Positions 18,546 through 27,805 of a stretch of DNA of 64,000 bases are shown here, piece after piece (the stretch's first letter is position 1; every line of letters begins with the position of its first letter). The stretch spans positions 1,440,001 through 1,504,000 of the forward strand of contig OZ223236.1 of assembly GCA_965140445.1 (NCBI GenBank), read 5' to 3'. The notes beneath the pieces are model-generated. The model had not been told where the DNA came from. It saw only the letters and a program-made list of their open reading frames with translations, and did not search any database. The position numbers and the translations under genes are program-made. Source of the stretch: Candidatus Ozemobacteraceae bacterium. Lineage in GTDB: Bacteria > Muiribacteriota > Ozemobacteria > Ozemobacterales > Ozemobacteraceae.

Positions 18546-20806
18546 TTAGCAAAGATCTAGATATAATTTTACATGCAGTAATTGAGGAAGCGAGTCAGAG
18601 ACGCCACGAATATCTGACCGTCGAGCATCTTCTATATGGAATTTTGCACGACAAGAAAGGTCAGAGAATTCTTAAGGCTTGTCATTGCAACATTGATCAA
18701 CTCAGGGGCGACCTTGAAAAGTTTTTTGTGGAAAATGTGCCAAGATTGACCGATGACTCAAAAGCAGAACCTTTACCTACAATGGGATTTCAAAGGGTTT
18801 TTCAGAGAACAATTTTTCAGGTTCAAGCCTCAGAAAAGAAGGAAGCTGAATCCGGCGATTTGCTGATTTCGATTTTATCAGAGCCTGACTCACATGCAAC
18901 TTTCTTTTTACAGCAGCAGAATATATCTCAGCTTGATGTAATGAATTATGTCTCCCACGGCATAGAAAAGCTTGATGGAGAAGATGAAGAAGGTTTTACC
19001 TCAGAGGAGCCTGACACAGACGGGGAAGAACAAGAGCTGAATGTAAAAGACCCTTTGAAGCAGTTTGCCGAATGTCTGAATGATAAGGCGGCAAGAGGCC
19101 AGATAGATCCATTAATTGGAAGAACTAAAGAAGTTGAACGAGCTATCATTATTCTCAATCGCCGTAAAAAGAACAATATTGTTTTTGTCGGTGAACCTGG
19201 AGTAGGAAAAACTGCAATTGTAGAAGGGATTGCTCTTCGCATTCATAATGGGGAAGTCCCTGAAACACTTAAAGATGTGCCAATTTATTCTCTAGATATG
19301 GGATCGCTCCTGGCAGGAACCAGATATAGAGGGGACTTTGAAGCCAGATTAAAAGCCACAATTAAGAATCTTGAAAAGATTCCGGGAGTGATACTCTTTA
19401 TTGATGAAATTCATACTATCATTGGAGCCGGAGCAGTCAGTGGTGGTGCCATGGATGCAGCAAATATTCTGAAACCTGCTCTTGGTAGTGGAAAATTTAA
19501 GTGTATTGGAACAACCACTTTTGAAGAATTCAAAAGCTTTGATAAAGATAGAGCGTTTTCGAGACGGTTCCAGAAAATTGATCTCTATGAACCAGATGTA
19601 AAAGAAACTTATAAAATTTTACAGGGTTTGAAGCCTTCCTATGAAGAATTTCACGCTGTAAAATACTCCAAAAAGGCTTTACGGGGGGCGGCAGAGTTAT
19701 CCTCCAAGTATATCCAGGAGCAATTTTTGCCAGACAAAGCTATTGATTTACTTGATGAAGCCGCAGCAATTTTAAAGCTTTCACCAGCATTTAAAAAGCG
19801 TCAGAAGGTTTTATTGCGTGATATTGAAAAAGCCGTGGCACGAATTGCTAGAATTCCTGAAAAGAGAGTTTCATCAACAGATCTTGAGAAGCTGAAAAAC
19901 CTTGATTCAGAAATGAAAAAAGTTGTTTACGGTCAGGATAGCGCAATTTCAGCTCTAATTACAGCAATTAAGAGATCAAGAGCCGGATTGGGGGGTGCTA
20001 ACCGACCAGTTGGATCATTCTTGTTTACCGGACCTACTGGTGTTGGTAAAACTGAAGTTGCAAAACAGTTAGCCGCAAATCTGGGCGTCAATTTTGTGCG
20101 TTTTGATATGAGCGAATATATGGAAAAGCATGCGGTGGCAAGGTTTATCGGAGCTCCTCCGGGTTATGTCGGTTATGAACGGGGTGGGGCACTTACTGAT
20201 GCGATAAGAAAGCAGCCATATTCTGTACTTTTGCTTGATGAAATAGAGAAAGCGCATGAAGATGTTTTCAATATTTTATTACAGGTCATGGATTATGCGA
20301 CTTTGACTGATAACACCGGCAAAAAGGCGGATTTTAGAAATGTAATTCTCATAATGACCTCTAATGCTGGTGCGCGTGAGATGGCCAAAGGTTCAATTGG
20401 CTTTGGCGATGCAAACAAAGACGTTGAGTGGAAAGGCAAACAAGCTATTGAAAAGCTTTTTAGCCCTGAATTCAGAAATAGACTTGATGGAATAATCACT
20501 TTTGCATCTTTACCACAGTCCATTATGGTTATGGTGGTAGATAAATTTGTAAGAGAGCTAAACCAGCAACTCAAGGAAAGAGATATTCATATCGAGTTAA
20601 CAGAGGTGGCTCGCAACTGGCTTGCAGAAAAGGGCTTTGATCCAAAACAAGGCGCAAGGCCGTTAAGCAGACTTATTCAAACTGAGATCAAGGATGCAGT
20701 TTCCGAAGAAATCTTATTTGGTAAGCTCAGCCAAGGTGGCAAGATAATCGCCGACAGAGTGGACGACAAATGGAAGTTTGAGTATCACTCAAATAAAGAA
20801 GCTTAA
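18542..20806 (+). CDS. clpA: ATP-dependent Clp protease ATP-binding subunit ClpA
   Basis: RHEYLTVEHLL N-domain, two AAA+ modules (GEPGVGKT; GPTGVGKT), GSIGF ClpP-docking loop; ATGA overlap with clpS. Confidence 0.96.
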   Translation: MISKDLDIILHAVIEEASQRRHEYLTVEHLLYGILHDKKGQRILKACHCNIDQLRGDLEKFFVENVPRLTDDSKAEPLPTMGFQRVFQRTIFQVQASEKKEAESGDLLISILSEPDSHATFFLQQQNISQLDVMNYVSHGIEKLDGEDEEGFTSEEPDTDGEEQELNVKDPLKQFAECLNDKAARGQIDPLIGRTKEVERAIIILNRRKKNNIVFVGEPGVGKTAIVEGIALRIHNGEVPETLKDVPIYSLDMGSLLAGTRYRGDFEARLKATIKNLEKIPGVILFIDEIHTIIGAGAVSGGAMDAANILKPALGSGKFKCIGTTTFEEFKSFDKDRAFSRRFQKIDLYEPDVKETYKILQGLKPSYEEFHAVKYSKKALRGAAELSSKYIQEQFLPDKAIDLLDEAAAILKLSPAFKKRQKVLLRDIEKAVARIARIPEKRVSSTDLEKLKNLDSEMKKVVYGQDSAISALITAIKRSRAGLGGANRPVGSFLFTGPTGVGKTEVAKQLAANLGVNFVRFDMSEYMEKHAVARFIGAPPGYVGYERGGALTDAIRKQPYSVLLLDEIEKAHEDVFNILLQVMDYATLTDNTGKKADFRNVILIMTSNAGAREMAKGSIGFGDANKDVEWKGKQAIEKLFSPEFRNRLDGIITFASLPQSIMVMVVDKFVRELNQQLKERDIHIELTEVARNWLAEKGFDPKQGARPLSRLIQTEIKDAVSEEILFGKLSQGGKIIADRVDDKWKFEYHSNKEA

Positions 20807-20814
20807 GCAGATAA

Positions 20815-21303
20815 ATGATTCATTTACAAAAGCCTGAATTGCAGGATCTTGCTTTTATAGACCTTCTCTGGAGAGACGAACAGACCATGCAGCCCGTTGG
20901 AGGTCCTGTTCGGCTCTCAAAGGAGAAGCTAGAGTCATGGTATAAGCGAATGGTGGAGCCAGGAAGCCCTAAAGATCGTTATTATCTGATTTTTGAAAAT
21001 GACAGGCCCGTAGGTGAGGCAAGTTTCCATCGTTATGATCCAATAACCAAAACAGGGGAGCTTAATATTAAGGTTCTTGCCAGTTGCCGGGGCCGTGGAA
21101 TTGCCAAAGACGCATTAAAACAGCTTTTAACCTGCTACTTTTACGATTTTAAAGCAGATGCTATATTTGATGCTGTAGCTCCCAAAAATTCGGGTGGCCA
21201 AAAATTCCTGGCGGATTTTGGTTTTATGCCACTGAAGAGAGATCACGAAGCTGTAGTTTTCAAACTTTCAAGAGAACAGTTTGAAAGTATAATTGCTCGA
21301 TAG
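20815..21303 (+). CDS. GNAT family N-acetyltransferase (RimJ/RimL-like)
   Basis: CRGRGIAKDAL acetyl-CoA motif A, N-x-x-x-x-x-F-L-x-x-x-GF motif B. Confidence 0.8.
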   Translation: MIHLQKPELQDLAFIDLLWRDEQTMQPVGGPVRLSKEKLESWYKRMVEPGSPKDRYYLIFENDRPVGEASFHRYDPITKTGELNIKVLASCRGRGIAKDALKQLLTCYFYDFKADAIFDAVAPKNSGGQKFLADFGFMPLKRDHEAVVFKLSREQFESIIAR

Positions 21304-21319
21304 ACATTTATAATAGGGT

Positions 21320-21802
21320 TTAGGCCTCATTCTCTTCTGCTTCTTCAATTAATAGAGTCGCTTTTTGTGCAGCCTTATTCAAGTTGTGTTGAGCAGGAAG
21401 AGAAAGAAAAAGAATGATCCCGATAGAATACAAAATTGTGACCATTGATACAGATAAATTGGCTGGCACAGCACTTGGGTCAGATAGATTGCTTAGCAGA
21501 AAAATAATCCCCAAGAGAGTGCATAACACTCCTGATCCCATACTTAACATGCCATATACAGAAAACATTTGCGCAGAAAACTTGAGCTCTTTTGCTGATA
21601 TACCAGCGTCTTCCGGTGCGAAAAGAACTTTTACCGCCCTGCTGATTTCCCCCGGTCTGTAAACTGACATTAAAATAAACAGAGGAAAAAAAACAGCCAT
21701 TATAAAAGATGGAATGTTGATTAGATTTTTTATAGGGCCATTAAGTTTGACCATGAGTAAAAATGTAAACACTGAAAAGAACCATGGAATCTTTCTAAAC
21801 AT
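21320..21802 (-). CDS. Short MotA/TolQ/ExbB-like membrane protein
   Basis: NIPSFIMAVFFP and GVLCTLLGIIFLLSNLSDPSAVPANLSVSMVTILYS resemble MotA TM2 and TM3-TM4. Confidence 0.65.
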   Translation of the reverse strand: MFRKIPWFFSVFTFLLMVKLNGPIKNLINIPSFIMAVFFPLFILMSVYRPGEISRAVKVLFAPEDAGISAKELKFSAQMFSVYGMLSMGSGVLCTLLGIIFLLSNLSDPSAVPANLSVSMVTILYSIGIILFLSLPAQHNLNKAAQKATLLIEEAEENEA

Positions 21803-21816
21803 ATAATTTTTCCTCC

Positions 21817-22356
21817 CTAGATTGAATACATAACCAGGACAATGGTCATGTAATTGGCTATTGGAAACCCTAACAAGATAAGACTTTGGAGTAATTCACC
21901 CTGAAGGTTTGATAATTTAATACCCTCGTTGTGTGCAAGTCTGAATCTTAGTGGAAGCAAGATTAATTTTGAAAATCCAACAGCAAGCGCAGAACTTACA
22001 AGAGTAAAAGCCATGTTTGGCCCCATACTTTTAGGATCTGAAAGGCTTGCAAAAAGCAAAATCATTCCCGATGTCATGAAGAAAAAGCCAGCAATTACTA
22101 TCAAAGTTTCCAGTTGCTTAATTGCCTCAAACCTTTCTTCAGCCGAAAACTTTGACTTGTAGCCAGATATAATTGATGAACAGATGCTTTCTTTTGTCAG
22201 GGAATACCCACTGGCTGTGATTGACAGGAAAACGGCAACTATAATCAGTCCATATCCAGGGATATGAAGACAGGACATCACAGAAGATTTTCCAATAAAA
22301 GCACAGAAAAATACAATTAATGGCGAGAGAAGCAGGATCAGGTTTTTTAATTTCAC
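21817..22356 (-). CDS. Second short MotA/TolQ/ExbB-like membrane protein
   Basis: HIPGYGLIIV and AGFFFMTSGMILLFASLSDPKSMGPNMAFTLVS resemble the MotA LxDPxxxGPxMAxAL segment. Confidence 0.6.
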   Translation of the reverse strand: MKLKNLILLLSPLIVFFCAFIGKSSVMSCLHIPGYGLIIVAVFLSITASGYSLTKESICSSIISGYKSKFSAEERFEAIKQLETLIVIAGFFFMTSGMILLFASLSDPKSMGPNMAFTLVSSALAVGFSKLILLPLRFRLAHNEGIKLSNLQGELLQSLILLGFPIANYMTIVLVMYSI

Positions 22357-22859
22357 TGATTTTCTCCTTTAGGAAGATCGTTATTGGTTTCAGACTTGCC
22401 AATATAAGTTCTAAGCCGGTCAAATTTTTTAACAGAGGTTGAAACGAAATTTATCTGCACCTGCTCAAAGTTTCCTGTGTTTTTTTCGGGGAGATAGATG
22501 CAGGCAATTATTAGCAGACAAAGTGCTGAATTTAAAACAAAAGATCTAAAGCTTGATTCAGGTGTAATTGAGATAGCTTTCACAGGATCTATTTTTTGCT
22601 TTAATTCTAATTCAAATTCATTATTTATCCTGGCCAGAGTTTTATCCCAGGAAGGGCTCATTTTAATAGAGACAAGCTCTGGCATATGGTTGGAAACTTT
22701 TAGTTCATCCTGGCCGCATGATTTATTTGCAATGTCAGAGGAGCAATTTTCACAAGTCGCAATGTGCTCTTTGTGTTTTTCCGTGGCTTTTCCCAGGGCC
22801 AAGGCATTGGTTGCTCTTAGACAGTCCAGATTTTTATCTGAATTGATTAGGTTTTTCAT
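22353..22859 (-). CDS. Putative zinc-binding anti-sigma factor
   Basis: HIATCENC (HxxxCxxC, ZAS motif), one TM (SALCLLIIACIYL), ATGA overlap with the ECF sigma gene. Confidence 0.75.
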   Translation of the reverse strand: MKNLINSDKNLDCLRATNALALGKATEKHKEHIATCENCSSDIANKSCGQDELKVSNHMPELVSIKMSPSWDKTLARINNEFELELKQKIDPVKAISITPESSFRSFVLNSALCLLIIACIYLPEKNTGNFEQVQINFVSTSVKKFDRLRTYIGKSETNNDLPKGENQ

Positions 22860-23413
22860 TCCTGTTCTCCAGCTAATTGTCTAAGCTTTTCTATGGTTGA
22901 AGCTGTTCGGTAATGAACTGTTCTTATTGAACAGCCGAGAACCTCTGCGGCTTCAGTTACACTCAAATCTCCGTCAAACCTCAAAGCTAACAGGTGCTGC
23001 TCCTCTATGCTGAGTGAATAGAAGCTTTGTGAGAATCTGATCGTAGTTTCATCCTTAATGTAGTTCTCTTCAATTGTTGGTGCGGAGTCGTCGTGGGGCT
23101 CCAAAAAGTCTGGTAATGAAACATTCTTGTTCTCATGTTTCCTTTTTGAATCCAGGCAAAGGTTAGAGCAGATTCTCATTGCCCATGCCCTAAAGTTATT
23201 GCCTGGATTATACTTTTGTCTGTATTTCCAGATTCTGAGAAAAACTTCCTGAACAATATCATCAGCTTCGGTTGGATTGTTCATGATCCTCACTGCATAT
23301 TTGAAAATACTCTCGGAATGAATTTGGAATAGCTGTTTTAAAGCTTCCAAGTCGCTTCTGGAAAGTTTTTCCATCAACAGGTCATCGTTGTTTTTCTCAG
23401 TGGTTTTTTTCAT
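22856..23413 (-). CDS. ECF-type RNA polymerase sigma factor
   Basis: Region 2 ADDIVQEVFLRIW...FRAWAMRICSNLCLD; region 4 LSVTEAAEVLGCSIRTVHYR. Confidence 0.92.
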   Translation of the reverse strand: MKKTTEKNNDDLLMEKLSRSDLEALKQLFQIHSESIFKYAVRIMNNPTEADDIVQEVFLRIWKYRQKYNPGNNFRAWAMRICSNLCLDSKRKHENKNVSLPDFLEPHDDSAPTIEENYIKDETTIRFSQSFYSLSIEEQHLLALRFDGDLSVTEAAEVLGCSIRTVHYRTASTIEKLRQLAGEQE

Positions 23414-23425
23414 GGCTCTACAATT

Positions 23426-23452
23426 TAAACGTTTCAAGATTACAAGTGTGCA
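23426..23452 (-). promoter_or_regulatory. Candidate autoregulatory ECF promoter
   Basis: A/T tracts, then TGCAC-16 nt-CGTTTA about 12 nt upstream of the sigma ATG. Confidence 0.4.
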
Positions 23453-23597
23453 AAAAAAACTTTTTTTTTATTATTAATTTTTCAACATGTGCCGATGTGG
23501 AAAGCGGTGAATTATAGCCGTTTTAAATGATTTTGATGGTTGCAGCATCAGCAGCGGTTCTGCAAACTCTACCATCGAAACATAGAAGGAGCTGGGT

Positions 23598-24911
23598 ATG
23601 AAAAAGAATACCGCAATAGTCGCATTGGCAGCCTGGCTGTTCTCTGTGCCTCTCATGGGGCAGGGAGTATATTCAGGAATTGCACAGAATCAGTTGAAGC
23701 AGAATGGCTTCAGCTCATCTATGCAAATGGCTGCACAAAGAAGTTACAATCCTTACCAGGATACGGAAGAAGCTACGCAGGTTTACGGTCAGCAGGCATC
23801 GTTGCCTCCAATCGCAATTTCTGCTGATTCTTCTGGATCATCTGGCCAGCAGATGACACTCCCCCCAATTACCAGATCGCAATACGATAATGGTTCAGCA
23901 GGGTTGTCATCTCAGGTTGCTGCACCAGTTCCGGTGCAAAGACCACGTCGGGCACCTGTTGTTCAAAGCAATGGCGGTCGACGAACTGTTCGAACTGGTG
24001 GAAATGAGATTTATTCTCAGGAGCCTTTGGATCTACCGCCAGTAACCACATTACCTGTTCCATCCAGAACAGGCCTACCGCCAATTTCAAATGACACCAT
24101 GATGACTGTGCCTCTTGAAGAAGCTGTTTCCAGAATTTTAGCCTGTAACTTTAAAGGTTTGACTGGCTTAACTAACACAACTTCTGCTGATACAAGTAAA
24201 GCTGGTTCGTTCAAGATGGGTGTTCATTCTAGCTGGTTTACTCTTGATCGTGTTTATGACAGAGTGCTGGCCAGTAACGAGAGTGGGGAAATGTTGGAAA
24301 TGCCAATTTTCTTCAACTATGCAGTTACTGATGATCTTGAAATTGCTTACGTTATTCCGGTAATGAACTACACCGTCAAATCCAGAATTCTTTGGACCAA
24401 AGATATTTCTGAATCTGGGGTTGGAGATTCCACCCTCGCATTCAAATACAAGGTTTTTGATAATCCAAAATATCAGATGCGTGGAGCATTTGGTCTTGGC
24501 TTCAAATTCCCAACTGGAAACGATGATAAAGGCCTTGGCACCGGTAAAACAGATTTTGAAATCTATACCGCATTTACCAAAAGCTTTGAAAAAATCGTTG
24601 GTCACCTGAATCTTGGTTATGTAATGACCGGTGACCCAAATACACAGTTTTATCCTGATGGACTTGCTGATAAGTTTTACTACAACATTGGTATTGAGTA
24701 TCCTCATAACCATAACATGACTGTAATGGCAGAACTTAACGGGGAAGAGCAGGGCTCAGAAGGAATGAGGGTAGATGTTACTCCCGGGATCAGATATACA
24801 CCGACTGAGAACTTTGCTTTTGAAGTCGCAGTGCCTATAGCCGTAACCAATGATCAGCGTTATGGTTATAACTATAGATTGATTCTTGGCCTAACAACTT
24901 TCTTTCAATAG
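23598..24911 (+). CDS. Outer-membrane beta-barrel ('transporter'/MetA-pathway-like) with Pro-rich N-terminal linker
   Basis: Signal peptide; SGVGDSTLAFKY, FKFPTG...GLGTG motifs; amphipathic strands; aromatic C-terminus (TTFFQ). Confidence 0.7.
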   Translation: MKKNTAIVALAAWLFSVPLMGQGVYSGIAQNQLKQNGFSSSMQMAAQRSYNPYQDTEEATQVYGQQASLPPIAISADSSGSSGQQMTLPPITRSQYDNGSAGLSSQVAAPVPVQRPRRAPVVQSNGGRRTVRTGGNEIYSQEPLDLPPVTTLPVPSRTGLPPISNDTMMTVPLEEAVSRILACNFKGLTGLTNTTSADTSKAGSFKMGVHSSWFTLDRVYDRVLASNESGEMLEMPIFFNYAVTDDLEIAYVIPVMNYTVKSRILWTKDISESGVGDSTLAFKYKVFDNPKYQMRGAFGLGFKFPTGNDDKGLGTGKTDFEIYTAFTKSFEKIVGHLNLGYVMTGDPNTQFYPDGLADKFYYNIGIEYPHNHNMTVMAELNGEEQGSEGMRVDVTPGIRYTPTENFAFEVAVPIAVTNDQRYGYNYRLILGLTTFFQ

Positions 24912-24969
24912 CTGAAAGCTGGTTGCTTGGAATTTAAAAAACTTAATCACCGACTATTGCGATAAAAAG

Positions 24970-25017
24970 AACATCGCCCTTGAGAAAATTTCTCAAGGGC
25001 GATGTTTTGCTTTTTTT
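24970..25017. terminator. Bidirectional rho-independent terminator
   Basis: AACATCGCCCTTGAGAAA-a-TTTCTCAAGGGCGATGTT with flanking A and T tracts, between convergent genes. Confidence 0.85.
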
Positions 25018-25027
25018 ATAAACTAAA

Positions 25028-26203
25028 TTAGTTCATTTTCTGTCCGCATTCGGGGCAGAATTTTGCATTCGGTGCAAGATCTGCATTACATCCAGGGCAT
25101 TTTGAAGTTTGCGGAGATCCGCATTCTGGACAAAACTTAGCGCCTTCTTTGATTTCAACTTTGCAGCTCACACATGGAACCATTCCCTGAGCATTTTTCT
25201 GTCCACATTCAGGACAGAATTTAGCAGTTTGTTTAATCTGAGCTTGGCACCCACTGCAGGAAATCATTGGTTCTGCTGGTGCTGGTGCTGGAGCGCCTTG
25301 TGCTGGTTGCTGATTGAACATGTTGCCCATTCCCATTCCAGCGCCCATGCCTGCACCCATTCCCATGCCAACTCCCATGCCAGCCATGCCATTTTCGTTT
25401 CCAGCGGCTGTGTTAAGGGCATTAAGTTTTTCTACCTGAGAATATGCGCTAAGGCCAGCTTGATTGATATTTCCCATGGCATTGATTGCGTGAGCATCAG
25501 CCATTTTGTCTGAAATTTTATCAATGCGTTCCTGGGTTTTTTCATCAAAATCAGTGTTTTCAATTCTGAAATCTGACATTTCAAAGCCGAGCTTTTCAAA
25601 TTCTGGAGCAACCATTTTTGCGAGCTCAGTTGAAAGTTCAACGCGCTTAGAATCAATGTCAGCATAGCTATATCCAGACTCAGCAAGAAGATCAGTCAAA
25701 GGAAGAAGAATTCTATCAACAATTACATTTCTTATTGCGCTGATAGGATAAGTGTCTACATTACCTGTGATATTTGTGAAGAACTGTCTTGGCTCAGTGA
25801 TATGAAATGAGAAGTTACCAAAAGCTCTTAAACCTACAGGAAACTTATAAACAGGGTCAGTATATTTAATTGGGGCCTTGGTTCCCCATTTCTGGTTCAT
25901 GAATTCAGTAAGGTTTATGAAATATACTCTGGCTTTATGCTCAGAAGTGAAATTCTGCATTACTTTGCTGATAGTTGTCCAGAAGGGGACGTTTGCTGTT
26001 TTAAGATCAAACAATCCTGGATAATCGTGTACTGCTTTTACCTGGCCTTCATATACAAAGATTGCAGCCTGTCCTGGATTAATGATAAGTTTGGATGCAT
26101 TCTTCAGCTCATCCCCGGTGCCACTCCATTTCCATATCAATACATCAGGATCTTGATCTGTCCATTCAATAACTGAGCGAAGCTGGTTTCCAAAAAATCC
26201 CAT
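25028..26203 (-). CDS. SPFH/band-7 domain protein (YdjI-like) with double zinc ribbons
   Basis: SVIEW...SKLIINPGQAAIFV...KWGT..PI.YTDP; Met/Gly linker; three C-x2-C...AKFCPECG ribbons. Confidence 0.88.
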   Translation of the reverse strand: MGFFGNQLRSVIEWTDQDPDVLIWKWSGTGDELKNASKLIINPGQAAIFVYEGQVKAVHDYPGLFDLKTANVPFWTTISKVMQNFTSEHKARVYFINLTEFMNQKWGTKAPIKYTDPVYKFPVGLRAFGNFSFHITEPRQFFTNITGNVDTYPISAIRNVIVDRILLPLTDLLAESGYSYADIDSKRVELSTELAKMVAPEFEKLGFEMSDFRIENTDFDEKTQERIDKISDKMADAHAINAMGNINQAGLSAYSQVEKLNALNTAAGNENGMAGMGVGMGMGAGMGAGMGMGNMFNQQPAQGAPAPAPAEPMISCSGCQAQIKQTAKFCPECGQKNAQGMVPCVSCKVEIKEGAKFCPECGSPQTSKCPGCNADLAPNAKFCPECGQKMN

Positions 26204-26330
26204 TCTAATTCCTCCCGTGCAATTAATAAAAAACGTGTTATCAAACTAATTTTTACAAGTATAATGGATTTCAGATAACATAGCAAGATAAGGCCTCTTA
26301 TTATGGCTTTTGATCACATGGAGGAAATCG

Positions 26331-26900
26331 ATGACGATTGATTTAAAGTTGCTAAGTACAATTGAAGATAAGAACGAAGAGGGAGCCATCGCTTTATTGA
26401 GTCAGGGAGCTGATCCGAAGCAACATAATGATATTGGGATTACTCCACTTCATCAGGCCGGAAAATTTGGAATGATAAAATTGGTGCCATTATTGATTGC
26501 TGCTGGCGCTGATGTTAATTATAAAAATGTTGATGGAGTTACACCACTTATCTGGACTGGTGCAAGAGCTCAACCTGAAACATTTCAAATGCTTATTGAT
26601 GCTGGGGCAGAAATTCATCCTGCGGATAGAGATGGTTGGACAACTCTTCATTGGGCTGCTTTCAGAGGCTGTGACCCAATTATTAATAAACTTTTCAAAC
26701 TTGGTGCTGATATCGAAGGCAGGGATAAAGAGGAATGGACTCCATTGCATCTTGCTGCACAGCAGGGACATGCCAGTTCTGTTAAGCTATTGCTTGAACT
26801 TGGAGCAAAAAAAGACCCGGTAAATGATTCAGGCCAGACCCCGTTGGATCTGGCCCGCTCATCAAATCGTGAGGAAGTAATTACTCTTCTGTCGAAATAG
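26331..26900 (+). CDS. Ankyrin repeat protein
   Basis: GITPLHQA, GVTPLIWT, GWTTLHWAA, EWTPLHLAA, GQTPLDLA; SD GGAGG. Confidence 0.92.
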   Translation: MTIDLKLLSTIEDKNEEGAIALLSQGADPKQHNDIGITPLHQAGKFGMIKLVPLLIAAGADVNYKNVDGVTPLIWTGARAQPETFQMLIDAGAEIHPADRDGWTTLHWAAFRGCDPIINKLFKLGADIEGRDKEEWTPLHLAAQQGHASSVKLLLELGAKKDPVNDSGQTPLDLARSSNREEVITLLSK

Positions 26901-27777
26901 GTTCAACATCGTCCTGGACTTCAATTAACGGAATACCAGTCAGATCAGAAAAGTTGCCGTCTTGAACCCAAGAATCCAGGTGTTTGGCGCGCATTACAAT
27001 AAATGGATGTGACATATAAGAGGTTATCAATGCTGTATAGGCTTTATTTATGAAAGACTCGTCCGTTGCATCTTCGTAATTTCTTATTTGTTTTATAAAT
27101 TCATCTTCGTCCATTTCTTTATATAATCTTGGTGCTCCGGCAGCAAGTTTCATAAAGGTTCTATTCGCAGCATGCTGATTTTGGACACACAATAAACCGG
27201 CTCTATCAGAAGATAGTTCCGATTTTCTTTCCCAATCGTAAAGAGCTAATTCAAGCCCTTTGCTGAGAAAGCCTGAAATACCCAATGTTGCAGAGGCAGC
27301 AATATCCAGAACCAGTTTAAAATGGCGAGCCATGGTTTTGTATAAAACATGTCCACATTTTATGTGACCCAGCTCATGCCCAAGAACAAAGAAGATCTCT
27401 TCATCGCTCATTGTTTCTATTAAACCCGAGGTTAAAACAATAAATGGCTTGGTGTGCCCATATGTGAAGGCGTTAGGCATTGGATTCGTGGTCACATAAA
27501 GATCAGGGACCTCCATGTCCAGAATCCTTGTCGCATAGTTAATGTATTCCCTCAAGCGAGGTAACATTTTGCCTTTTACCTGAATGTTGCTTGCCAGGTT
27601 AGTTATGCGGAAAAACTGCTCAAAGCCATGTTCCATCAATTTTGTTATCAAATACTCAAATCCTGGTATCGCCTGCAGAGCATTAATTGCCTGCTTATCC
27701 CATGGATGCTGAAAATCTTCACGTTTAAGATTTGGAAATGTCTTTAGTTTTCTTTTAAAAGTAGCTTCCTGACTCAT
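26881..27777 (-). CDS. M48 family zinc metallopeptidase (HtpX/Ste24-like)
   Basis: PNAFTYG, GHELGHIKCGH (HExxH), ELSSDRAG, SHP. Confidence 0.9.
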   Translation of the reverse strand: MSQEATFKRKLKTFPNLKREDFQHPWDKQAINALQAIPGFEYLITKLMEHGFEQFFRITNLASNIQVKGKMLPRLREYINYATRILDMEVPDLYVTTNPMPNAFTYGHTKPFIVLTSGLIETMSDEEIFFVLGHELGHIKCGHVLYKTMARHFKLVLDIAASATLGISGFLSKGLELALYDWERKSELSSDRAGLLCVQNQHAANRTFMKLAAGAPRLYKEMDEDEFIKQIRNYEDATDESFINKAYTALITSYMSHPFIVMRAKHLDSWVQDGNFSDLTGIPLIEVQDDVEPISTEE

Positions 27778-27805
27778 TTTATCCTCTCCTTATTATTGGG
27801 GGTGG

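Noticed and set aside
21320..22356. Zorya (ZorAB) defence system or flagellar stator
   Set aside because: No ZorB/MotB OmpA-domain partner, no long ZorA tail, and no flagellar or zorCDE genes nearby
25320..25400. CCCAT-rich repetitive DNA
   Set aside because: Encodes the Met/Gly linker normal for YdjI-like SPFH proteins
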